From positions 5,812-69,811 of the forward strand of contig JAADFL010000066.1 of the NCBI GenBank assembly GCA_013152945.1: 64,000 nucleotides of DNA, in the 5' to 3' direction. This stretch comes from Deltaproteobacteria bacterium (GTDB lineage Bacteria > Myxococcota_A > JAADFL01). Positions 8,833 through 17,564 of the stretch are shown here, piece by piece. The notes under the pieces are model-generated. The model made no database searches and was not told the DNA's origin. It saw nothing but the letters and a program-made list of their open reading frames with translations. Positions within the stretch are counted from its first letter, which is position 1; each line of letters begins with the position of its first letter. A program made the position numbers and the translations under genes.

Positions 8833-10101
8833 TTGGCCGGAGCCACTCTTGCGGAAAAGTTGATATCAAGGATAGCAGGCGTTGATCGTGCCAGGGCAGG
8901 GGATCACCTGTGGTGCAAAGTGGATGTCGCTTTGCTGACCGATCCCACAACTCCCCAGGTAGGAGCGGCCATGGCCCGGCTCGGCGCCGAAAAGGTGTTC
9001 GATCCCGCCAAGGTAGTGATTTTCCATGACCACTTCGTGCCTGCAAAAGACGTTAAGTCAGCCGGTCTTGCAAGGGCATCCAAGGAATTTGCGCGTGAGC
9101 ATGGCATAGAAAAATTTTTCGAGGTGGGGAGGGCCGGCATTTGCCATGTCGCATTGCCGGAAACAGGGATGGTGGTTCCGGGCGACCTTGTGGTGGGTGC
9201 TGACAGCCATACAACTACACACGGTGCACTGGGTGCTTTTGCAACCGGCATGGGAGCGACGGATATGGCGGCGGTCCTTGCCACCGGCAAGACATGGCTT
9301 ATGGTGCCGGAGACGATAAGAGTCGATCTGAAGGGTGCCCTGGATAAATATGTCTGTGGTAAGGATGTCGCGCTGGCGCTGCTCAAAGAACTCGGAGTGC
9401 GCGGCGCCATATACAAGGCGCTGGAGTTCGGAGGGCCGGGCGCCGGGGACCTCGAATTGGCGGACCGGTTTACAATGTGCAACATGGCGGTGGAGGCAGG
9501 TGCGAAGGCCGGAATATTTAAGGCCGACGAAAAGGTGCTGGACTATGTAGGGTCAAGGACAGACAGGGAACCGGTTGTTTTCGAACCTGATCCGGATGCG
9601 GAATACCGGCGCTGTATCGAAATGGATGTTTCAAAAGTCGAACCCATGGTAGCTGCTCCGCATTCGCCCGACAACGTGAGCCCTGCATCGGTTTTTTCGG
9701 ATGTGGCGGTGGACCAGGTGCTGATAGGTTCGTGCACCAACGGCAGGATCGAGGACTTTAGGGCCTTTGCAGAGATAATGAACGGCAGGAAGGTGCATCC
9801 TGATGTCAGGCTTATTGCACTGCCCGGCTCGCCTTCCGTCCTGGAGCAGATGATAGCCGAAGGCATAGCCGCGAGCTTGGTTCAATCGGGCGGCGTGCTC
9901 GGACCTTGCACATGCGGGCCGTGTATAGGCTCGCCACCGGGGGTGCTCGGCGAATCCGAAGTCGCGCTGTTCACCACGAACAGGAATTTTCAAGGAAGAT
10001 CAGGGGCCAGGAGTTCGAGGGTGTATCTTGCTTCACCGGCGGTTGCGGCGGCGACGGCTATTACGGGCAGGATAACCGATCCAAGAAATCTGGCGGGATG
10101 A
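8833..10101 (+). CDS. leuC: 3-isopropylmalate dehydratase large subunit, short archaeal-type (LeuC/HacA-like aconitase family)
   Basis: 422 aa. Aconitase catalytic domain with GICH, GADSHT and SCTNGR motifs and Fe-S ligand cysteines. TTG start. Confidence 0.85.
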   Translation: MAGATLAEKLISRIAGVDRARAGDHLWCKVDVALLTDPTTPQVGAAMARLGAEKVFDPAKVVIFHDHFVPAKDVKSAGLARASKEFAREHGIEKFFEVGRAGICHVALPETGMVVPGDLVVGADSHTTTHGALGAFATGMGATDMAAVLATGKTWLMVPETIRVDLKGALDKYVCGKDVALALLKELGVRGAIYKALEFGGPGAGDLELADRFTMCNMAVEAGAKAGIFKADEKVLDYVGSRTDREPVVFEPDPDAEYRRCIEMDVSKVEPMVAAPHSPDNVSPASVFSDVAVDQVLIGSCTNGRIEDFRAFAEIMNGRKVHPDVRLIALPGSPSVLEQMIAEGIAASLVQSGGVLGPCTCGPCIGSPPGVLGESEVALFTTNRNFQGRSGARSSRVYLASPAVAAATAITGRITDPRNLAG

Positions 10102-10679
10102 AAAGTGTGGTGAAAATGAAACACGAAGCTGAAGAAAGGTGCTCGAATGTGGATAGGGGCCGGGCCTTGCGTATCTCGGGCAGGGTGATAAAACTCGGGC
10201 ATGACGTGGACACGGACAGGATAATACCCGCACGTTATTGTAATTCTTTTGCCCAAGAGGACCTGGCGCCGCACGCGCTCGAAGATTATGATCCGGGTTT
10301 GGCGAACAAAATCAGGCCCGGTGACGTTATAGTAGCAGGAGAAAATTTCGGGTGTGGAAGTTCGAGGGAGCATGCGCCGGTGGCGTTGCTCGGAGCGGGA
10401 ATCAGGTGTATCGTGGCAGTATCGTTTGCAAGGATTTTCTACAGGAACGCGTTGAATCTTGGCTTGCCGGTGCTCGTGTGTGAACATGCTTTCGACGTAT
10501 TCGAAAACTTCGAGGAGATTGTGGTAGAGACCGGGGCCGGAAAGATAATCAAGGCTGGAACAGGGGATGTATTACGCGCAAGGCCGTTGTCCAGGATTGC
10601 CGGGGACCTGATGAGGGCAGGCGGTCTTGCATCACTGGTAAGGGCCATGACCGTGCCGGGCCGAGAACCGGGGGATTAA
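10098..10679 (+). CDS. leuD: 3-isopropylmalate dehydratase small subunit (LeuD, aconitase swivel domain)
   Basis: ATG overlaps the leuC stop (ATGA). [20 protein letters not shown] is the LeuD signature. About 194 aa. Confidence 0.8.
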   Translation: MKSVVKMKHEAEERCSNVDRGRALRISGRVIKLGHDVDTDRIIPARYCNSFAQEDLAPHALEDYDPGLANKIRPGDVIVAGENFGCGSSREHAPVALLGAGIRCIVAVSFARIFYRNALNLGLPVLVCEHAFDVFENFEEIVVETGAGKIIKAGTGDVLRARPLSRIAGDLMRAGGLASLVRAMTVPGREPGD

Positions 10680-10697
10680 TGGTAATGGAGATGAGAA

Positions 10698-11969
10698 ATG
10701 GCAAATTTCCGTTATAGAGACTACATCTATGACTGGAACAGCGCCACCAAGGTAGCTCCTCTGACCAACAAGAAGATCGAGCTGCACGACGAGACCTTGA
10801 GGGACGGCATCCAGAGCCCATCCGTGGTGGACCCGCCGGTGGAACAAAAGATCGAACTTCTTCATCTCATGGAAGACCTGGCCATCGATACACTTGACGT
10901 GGGGATCCCAGGGGCCGGGCCGTGGCAATACAATGATTCATTAATATTATGCAAGGAAATTTCAAAGAGCTCTTTGCATATAAAACCTACTTGTGCAGCC
11001 AGGACCGTGAAGAGTGATATCGAGAAGATAATCGAGGTCTCACAGCAGGCAGGCATACCGGTCGAGGTAATGGCATTCATCGGTTCCAGCCCGATACGGC
11101 AGTACGCGGAAGAATGGGATTTGGACGGAATGTTGAAGGCCACTGAAATGGCTGTAAGGCTCGGGGTGGAAAACAATCTTCCCGTGACATATGTTACCGA
11201 GGATACGACCAGGTCCAGGCCGGAAACCCTGGACAGGCTGTTCAGGCGCGCTGTCGAAGCAGGCGCGAGCAGACTGTGCCTTTGTGATACGGTAGGGCAC
11301 GCGACTCCGGACGGCATAAGGAACCTGGTGCATTTCACCCAGGCTATTTTGGCCGGTATGGGCGCACATCACATCAAGATCGATTGGCACGGCCACAACG
11401 ACAGGGCCCTGGGCGTTATTAACAGCCTGTATGCCATCGAGTTCGGTTGCGACCGTGTGCATGCCACGGCGCTCGGTATCGGAGAGAGGGTGGGTAATGC
11501 GGCAATGGAGTTGATACTTGCAAATCTCAAATTATTGAACGAAATCCACCGTGACCTGTCCCAGCTACAGAATTATTGTAAAAAGGCTTCCGAGATACTT
11601 CATTTTCCTATCAGCATAGACTATCCGCTTGCAGGCAGGGACGCATTCAGAACCGGTACGGGCGTGCACGCGGCGGCGATTATCAAGGCACTGAAAAAAG
11701 GGGATACCTACATGGCCGATCGCATCTATTCCGGGGTTCCTGCTGGAATGTTCGGCAGGGAACAGGGAATAGAGATCGGCCCCATGAGCGGCGAATCCAA
11801 TGTAATCTACTGGTTGGACAAAAGGGGGATAGAACAGGATCGGGGGCTTGTCACGGCCATTCTCGATAAAGCGAAAGAGGCGGACAAGATACTTTCCGAG
11901 GAGGAGATTTACAGGATTGTCGACGGGTTCGGGGCTGTTTCCGATAAGGACGGGCAAGGGGAAAGTTAG
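10698..11969 (+). CDS. 2-isopropylmalate / citramalate / homocitrate synthase family protein (DRE-TIM metallolyase), short form without C-terminal regulatory domain
   Basis: 423 aa. HDETLRDGIQS (DRE-TIM) near the N-terminus. HxH metal site (DWHGHNDRALGVINSLYAIEFG). Last gene of the leuB-CD cluster. Confidence 0.7.
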   Translation: MANFRYRDYIYDWNSATKVAPLTNKKIELHDETLRDGIQSPSVVDPPVEQKIELLHLMEDLAIDTLDVGIPGAGPWQYNDSLILCKEISKSSLHIKPTCAARTVKSDIEKIIEVSQQAGIPVEVMAFIGSSPIRQYAEEWDLDGMLKATEMAVRLGVENNLPVTYVTEDTTRSRPETLDRLFRRAVEAGASRLCLCDTVGHATPDGIRNLVHFTQAILAGMGAHHIKIDWHGHNDRALGVINSLYAIEFGCDRVHATALGIGERVGNAAMELILANLKLLNEIHRDLSQLQNYCKKASEILHFPISIDYPLAGRDAFRTGTGVHAAAIIKALKKGDTYMADRIYSGVPAGMFGREQGIEIGPMSGESNVIYWLDKRGIEQDRGLVTAILDKAKEADKILSEEEIYRIVDGFGAVSDKDGQGES

Positions 11970-12279
11970 GGCCGTTGCCTGCTGACAAGGAAGTATGAAA
12001 ACGTTAACATATTCCTGTAAGAGATTTTGGCATTTTACTGAAATTTGCAGGCGGAACAACGTAAAACGAACATAAAACGAACGTGAAACAAGAAAAGTTT
12101 TCAGAAGATCGACGAAACAGGCTGAACAGGGCTATATTTGATTCAATCTTGATTCCTGGATGGGAACACGGAGTTTCAAGATGATTGTAATGAAGTCCGG
12201 CGGCTCCGGGCACGCTGTTATTTGTATTCCAGGGACCTTCGAGAACTTGCAAAGGGGAGAATCCTGAACCTGTCACGGC

Positions 12280-14169
12280 TCACTTGACCAGGAAGCGTTG
12301 CTCCTCGCAGATTTTCTCTGCAATCTTGTCCTTTGCAACAGCGCTGTCGAACGGGTAGAACCAGTCCAGTTTTTCCAGGGCCGCCTTGTACACGTTCCAT
12401 TTTTCCTGGTCGCCCCCTGAAAGGTCGGCCAGCAGCTTGGATGCAATATTCGTGATCTTCAGGGCTGTTTCATATACAAAGGTCTCAGCCATCAGCTTGG
12501 AAAGCCAAGCCTTTTCCTCGCCTTCTCTTGCAATGATTTTCTTTGCCCTCATGACCGCTGAATCCATGGCGTACAACTCGGCCAGCATGTCCGCCACCGG
12601 CTCCAGCACGAATTCACCCGGGCCGAACATGGAATGCTTGTTGAGCAGGACTTGGGCCTTTTCCATGAGCGCATTTTGTATGGTATACAGGATCGTATCC
12701 CTGCAAAGCTCCACGGTTTTGGATTCCCTTGCAAGGGGGCCGTCATAGTCCGGCATTTCAGGCAGCTTGCCTTCTTTAACGGCCTCCAGGACCTTCATGG
12801 CGGCATCCGAGAATCCTATGTTCCCGGTCATGTTTCGTTTTATCAACTCGCCGGGCAGGAGGATCCTGTTGATCTCGTTCGTACCTTCGAAAATCCTGTT
12901 GATCCTGCAATCCCGGTAAGCGCGGCATTGCATGTATTCTTCGATGAATCCGTAACCGCCGAGTATCTGCACCGACTCGTCTGCTGCAAAACCCAGGGCT
13001 TCGGATCCCCAGAATTTCATTATTGACGATTCTATGGAGAACTCGGACAAGACTTTTCCCGCCTGTTTCGTGAAATCAGGCGCCGAGTGATCCAGGGCTT
13101 CGATTGAGTTGTCGATGAGTCCGGCCGTCCTGTAAGTCATGGAGTCGAGGGCGAATGTCTTGCATGCAATGTCGGCGAATTTCTTGCGAATCATTCCAAG
13201 AGTACTTATCGGTACGCCGAATTGCTTTCGCTCGTTTGCGTATTGCGTGGTGTCTTGAATCAGGTCCTTGCAACCTCCGAGGCTTGCAACCCCCAGCTTG
13301 AAACGCCCGATATCAAGTATGCCGAGAGCGCTCTTGTGTCCTTTACCGATTTCTCCGAGCACGTTTTCAACCGGAACTTTTACGTCTTCAAGTACCAGTG
13401 TCCTGGTTGAAGATCCCCTGATTCCCATCTTGTTTTCTTCCGCGCCGGTCGACAGGCCGGGAAAGGATCTCTCCACTATGAATGCAGTGAACTTCTCCCC
13501 GTCCACCTTGGCGTACACTACGAACACGTCGGCAAAGCCTGCATTGGTGATGAACTGCTTTTCACCGTTCAACACGTAATACTTGCCGTCTTCGGACAAG
13601 ACGGCCTTGGTCTTGGCTGAAAGCGCGTCCGAGCCGTAACCGGTTTCCGTCAGGGCGTAAGCGGCTATCCATTCACCCGTGGCCAGCTTGGGCAAGTACT
13701 TGGCCTTTTGTTCTTCATTGCCGAAATACACGATCGGCAGGGTGCCTATCCCCGAATGCGCCAGCATTGTGGCCGCAAATGAGGGATGGCGGCTCAATTT
13801 TTCGCTTACCACCATGCTGGCGGTTACGCCCTTGTCCAGTCCGCCGTACTCCTCTGGTATTTCGACCATGAGCAGGCCTGCCTCGCCAGCCTTTTTCATC
13901 AAGTCGATGTTGGTAGGTATTTTCTTGTCGACCTTGTCAATGCCTTTCAGAGGGAGGCCGTACTTTTCACGCATTTCATCGGTTACTTCTATTTCGATGT
14001 GACCTTCGAGATCTTCGTCGAACGGCGTGACCTCCTTTTCCACGAAATCAGCGGCAGACTGGGCGAACATGAGAGTCTCTTCGTCAAAATCTTCTGCGCT
14101 GAAGATATCCTCCATACAGGCCGGGTTGACCAGCCATGACATTCCTTTCGATACTTTTTCATCACTCAT
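12280..14169 (-). CDS. Acyl-CoA dehydrogenase, long form with C-terminal extension
   Basis: 629 aa. ACAD N-terminal, middle and C-terminal domains (YGGLD, GSDALS..., catalytic region FEGTNEINRILL) plus about 200 extra C-terminal residues. Confidence 0.85.
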   Translation of the reverse strand: MSDEKVSKGMSWLVNPACMEDIFSAEDFDEETLMFAQSAADFVEKEVTPFDEDLEGHIEIEVTDEMREKYGLPLKGIDKVDKKIPTNIDLMKKAGEAGLLMVEIPEEYGGLDKGVTASMVVSEKLSRHPSFAATMLAHSGIGTLPIVYFGNEEQKAKYLPKLATGEWIAAYALTETGYGSDALSAKTKAVLSEDGKYYVLNGEKQFITNAGFADVFVVYAKVDGEKFTAFIVERSFPGLSTGAEENKMGIRGSSTRTLVLEDVKVPVENVLGEIGKGHKSALGILDIGRFKLGVASLGGCKDLIQDTTQYANERKQFGVPISTLGMIRKKFADIACKTFALDSMTYRTAGLIDNSIEALDHSAPDFTKQAGKVLSEFSIESSIMKFWGSEALGFAADESVQILGGYGFIEEYMQCRAYRDCRINRIFEGTNEINRILLPGELIKRNMTGNIGFSDAAMKVLEAVKEGKLPEMPDYDGPLARESKTVELCRDTILYTIQNALMEKAQVLLNKHSMFGPGEFVLEPVADMLAELYAMDSAVMRAKKIIAREGEEKAWLSKLMAETFVYETALKITNIASKLLADLSGGDQEKWNVYKAALEKLDWFYPFDSAVAKDKIAEKICEEQRFLVK

Positions 14170-14659
14170 GGTTTATCCTCCTTGTTTTCCTCACTTTGCT
14201 TTTTTGCCATTATATCAATAATTACAATTCGATAGTTATGGCTATATGGCATATTGATTATGTTGTGTCGGTAATGGCACATTGCGTCGAACATCGGCCG
14301 GCACACTAGCACAGGGTGTCCCGGTCTACAAGAAAAAAATGCCGCATTGCGGCAAGATATAATTTTCGCATGGCTTTCCAGGAACAACGGCGCGTTCCCC
14401 ATCCCGCGTTCCCCACCCATCCCGCGTTCCCCACCCAGGTTGATTTTCAAGGTGCCCAAAATATGCTGTTATTTCATGAAGTAGGGGCGGTTAGCGAACC
14501 GCCTATGCGAGATCCAATCCCAATAATTTGTATTTTTGTCTCCTGGACCAGGCCGGCTTTCCACCGCCCTCACCCCCTTTTATCCCCCTCTCCCGCAGAG
14601 CGGGCGAGGGGGATTGTTTGGTACCAACAATTCGGCTATCACAGGCAATCACACCATGG

Positions 14660-14688
14660 TTGACAAAGTTGTCAAATATTCTTATCAT
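14660..14688 (+). promoter_or_regulatory. Sigma-70-like promoter with a palindromic operator over the -35 box, upstream of the TA operon
   Basis: TTGACA (14660-14665), a 17-nt spacer, then TATCAT (14683-14688). The -35 box lies inside the perfect palindrome TTGACAA-AG-TTGTCAA. A GAGGAGG RBS at about 14719 precedes the TTG start at 14734. Confidence 0.5.
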
Positions 14689-14733
14689 CAGTATTGAAAT
14701 TACAGGCATCCAGCCCTTGAGGAGGAAGGTGAG

Positions 14734-15426
14734 TTGGGATCCAATCTTGATTATTCACCGGACAGCTTGAATTATCACGCTCCACAACAGGAACTGCTGG
14801 ACATATTCCGGCGAACCCTGGGGTCTACAAAGGGGCCCAGGGTTGCAATCATGACACGGGCACTCAGGGCTTTCGATGAAATGGTGAGTTCCATGAATGC
14901 CAGGGCTATGGAACAAGCCCTGGATGAACGTTCCGATATGGCAACGGTCATGCACGTGTTGATGAAGTATACGGCTAGGGATATCAGGCTAGGAAAAAAG
15001 GAGCCCCAGAACGGTCGTGAAAAGAAAGCGGAGGAGACTCTTGCTCTTCTGCGGGGAGTCAAGTCCGCCAGGAAGATGCTGAATGAAAAAGGAAAGGCCC
15101 TGGCTACGAGCGAGGCGGCGGAATTGCTCCAAGTTAGCCGTCAGGCGGTCAACAAGGCGCGCAACAAGGGCCATCTCTTGGGAGTGCGGATCGGGAACAG
15201 GTTCTTATTTCCTGCATGGCAATTCACCGGAACAGGCAATGTATTACCCGGCCTTGTCGAGGTGCTGCAGGCTTTGGGTGATATCGATCCCTGGATGAAA
15301 CTCAGGTTTTTTCTGCGCGGTAACAAGCGCCTGAAGGGGGCCACTGCGCTCGATTACTTGCTCAAGGGGCGGAAGCAGGAAGTGTTGGACGCTGCCAGGC
15401 TTGAGGCGGGACATGGGGCGTTCTAG
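14734..15426 (+). CDS. Xre/MbcA/ParS-type antitoxin (HTH plus DUF2384 toxin-binding domain)
   Basis: TTG start. HTH segment AELLQVSRQAVNKARNKGHLLGVRIGNRFLF. C-terminal DUF2384-like DPWMKLRFFLRGNKRLKGATALDYLL. Immediately precedes and overlaps the RES gene. Confidence 0.7.
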   Translation: MGSNLDYSPDSLNYHAPQQELLDIFRRTLGSTKGPRVAIMTRALRAFDEMVSSMNARAMEQALDERSDMATVMHVLMKYTARDIRLGKKEPQNGREKKAEETLALLRGVKSARKMLNEKGKALATSEAAELLQVSRQAVNKARNKGHLLGVRIGNRFLFPAWQFTGTGNVLPGLVEVLQALGDIDPWMKLRFFLRGNKRLKGATALDYLLKGRKQEVLDAARLEAGHGAF

Positions 15427-16024
15427 GATACGGGTTTCTCCCGGTCCGCACCCGAAACCACGGGTGGAATTCTTCAAACATCATCTGCCGATAGTGGATT
15501 GTACCAAGGAATGGTTTACACTTCAGCCAACAAAGGCGCACTGGCCGTTTTTTTCCAGGAATCAGATTTCTCGTTTCGATGATCCACAGCGTCGATATGG
15601 CACTTTCTATGTCGGTGAGGATATATTCTGTTGTTTTGTCGAGGTTTATGGCAGAGAAGCCGGAACCAACATAGTAACCGAGACCGAGTTGAACAGCAGG
15701 GATCTATTTGTCGTGCGGCCTACTGAACCCATCAGGTTGGTAAATCTCTCTACAGGATACGGCATGAAAAGAGTGGGCGTGGATAATCGCCTGTGTACAG
15801 GTGATTACGAGGTGGCACAACATTGGTCACGCGCTTTTTACGAACACCGGCAGCAACCGGATGGTCTTCGGTACCGTTCACGTTACGATCCATCCAGGGT
15901 TTGTGCGGTTGTCTTTGACCGTGCAAGGGCCAAGCTGGAAGTGAAAAATTTGGGGAAATTGATTGACAATGAACTACTTTTCGATGTTCTGAATTACTAT
16001 GAGTACGGCTTGATAAAGTACTAG
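15413..16024 (+). CDS. RES-domain toxin (ParT/MbcT-like, NAD+-targeting family)
   Basis: RFDDPQRRYGTFYVGEDIFCCFVEV and DGLRYRSRYDPSRVCAVVF match the conserved Arg, Glu and Ser blocks of RES domains. The ATG at 15413 overlaps the antitoxin by 14 nt. Confidence 0.7.
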   Translation: MGRSRIRVSPGPHPKPRVEFFKHHLPIVDCTKEWFTLQPTKAHWPFFSRNQISRFDDPQRRYGTFYVGEDIFCCFVEVYGREAGTNIVTETELNSRDLFVVRPTEPIRLVNLSTGYGMKRVGVDNRLCTGDYEVAQHWSRAFYEHRQQPDGLRYRSRYDPSRVCAVVFDRARAKLEVKNLGKLIDNELLFDVLNYYEYGLIKY

Positions 16025-16063
16025 GCTTGGTTGTTTTTTGCAGTATGAAAATGTGCAATAGGA

Positions 16064-17158
16064 ATGCAGGAGAGAAAAATGAACCTAGAGAGTACTATCG
16101 AGTTGGCGCGGTTTCACAGCCCGCTCAAGAACGGGGCCATCGATGAGCAGAGCATGGAGATCAGAACCGATCCCTTGCTCGGACACAAGGCTGTTTTCAA
16201 TCCCGGTCTGGAAGACAAGGTGGAAATCCTGTTTCCAAGGACGGACGAGAAATATCTTGTCGAACGTTCCGAGGCCACGAAAAAGTCCTGCTTCCTTTGT
16301 AATGGAAGGTGGCGGACGGCTGCGCCGAGGTACGAAGACTCTTTGGTTCCGGGCGGCAGGATTCAAAAGGGCAGGGCAGTGCTTTTCCCGAACTTGTTTC
16401 CTCTTTCATCTATTCATGCCGTGGTAATGCTGGGAGATGAGCACTTCAGGAGGTTGAACCAATTCGAGCCGTCACTGCTTGGAGATGGTTTCAAGGTTGC
16501 ACTTGAACTTGTCAAAAGGTGCGAAAAGGTCATGCCCGGAATAAAATATTTCACCATAAACGCCAATTACATGCCGCCTGCCGGTGCAAGCGTGATGCAT
16601 CCCCACCTCCAACTGCTCGGCTCTACGCTTCCGGGAACACATCACCAAAAACTCTTGTCACGATCCAGGGCATGGTTCGAAAGGGAAAAGGCGTGCTATT
16701 TTCGTGAATTGGTGGAACAGGAAGAACAGGGCCCGAGAATGATTGCAAGACAGGGTTCCGGTTGCTGGCTCGCAGCCTATGCACCCTTGGGAGGACACGA
16801 GATCCAGTGCATCTGGCCGGAAAAGGCGAGTTTTCTCGATTTTGAAGATCGCGACGTGGACGACCTGGCTTGCGGCTTGTCGGCCATGCTGTCCACATAT
16901 CATGATCTTGGACTTTCAACGTTCAATTTTTCCATGTTCGGAGCGCGTACAAATTCAGAGGGCAGGGATAAGGGGGGTAACAGTGAAAGCGATTACTTTA
17001 AATGTATGTTGAGACTTGTCAACAGGCAGAACATGGTGCCGGACCACAGGACGGATGATTATTTTTTCCAGAAGTTGCTGGAGAACGAGATAATTTTAAG
17101 AAAACCCGGGGAATTGGCAGGACTGGCAAGGGAACATTTCAAGGATGCAATGGGGTGA
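16064..17158 (+). CDS. Galactose-1-phosphate uridylyltransferase-like HIT-superfamily nucleotidyltransferase
   Basis: CFLCNG zinc motif and an HPHLQ (HxHxQ) active-site motif. Two HIT-like half domains. 364 aa. Confidence 0.6.
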   Translation: MQERKMNLESTIELARFHSPLKNGAIDEQSMEIRTDPLLGHKAVFNPGLEDKVEILFPRTDEKYLVERSEATKKSCFLCNGRWRTAAPRYEDSLVPGGRIQKGRAVLFPNLFPLSSIHAVVMLGDEHFRRLNQFEPSLLGDGFKVALELVKRCEKVMPGIKYFTINANYMPPAGASVMHPHLQLLGSTLPGTHHQKLLSRSRAWFEREKACYFRELVEQEEQGPRMIARQGSGCWLAAYAPLGGHEIQCIWPEKASFLDFEDRDVDDLACGLSAMLSTYHDLGLSTFNFSMFGARTNSEGRDKGGNSESDYFKCMLRLVNRQNMVPDHRTDDYFFQKLLENEIILRKPGELAGLAREHFKDAMG

Positions 17159-17538
17159 GAAGGATGAAATGTCATGAAATTTCTTTAAAGATAAAGGCAT
17201 GGGTCGAATGCCGTGGGTTTGCGCTCATCGGTTCGGGCCGTGGCGCATTACTCGATGCGATAGAAGAACATGGCTCGATCTCTGCTGCGGCAAAGAGTCT
17301 CGGCCTTTCATACGCAACCGCATGGCATAGACTCGATTCCATGAACAAGGCGATGGGAGCTCCCCTTGTGGAGCCAAGGTCGGGAGGCAAGGGCGGTGGT
17401 GGAACGAATCTTACCGAACGCGGGAGGGCCGTAATCAAGGCATTTGGGTTTATGCAGGAAAGAATCGAGGAATTCAGAATGGAAACAGAAAAGGGAATAA
17501 AGGCTATTATCGCCGACCGCAACGATCAACACGAGTAA
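17155..17538 (+). CDS. Winged-helix transcriptional regulator, ModE N-terminal-domain-like
   Basis: GSISAAAKSLGLSYATAWHRLDSMNKAMGAPLVE is the ModE/LysR-type HTH signature. The start overlaps the upstream stop. No TOBE domains. Confidence 0.55.
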   Translation: MRRMKCHEISLKIKAWVECRGFALIGSGRGALLDAIEEHGSISAAAKSLGLSYATAWHRLDSMNKAMGAPLVEPRSGGKGGGGTNLTERGRAVIKAFGFMQERIEEFRMETEKGIKAIIADRNDQHE

Positions 17539-17564
17539 AAAAAAAAGAAAAAGGAGACGGACCC

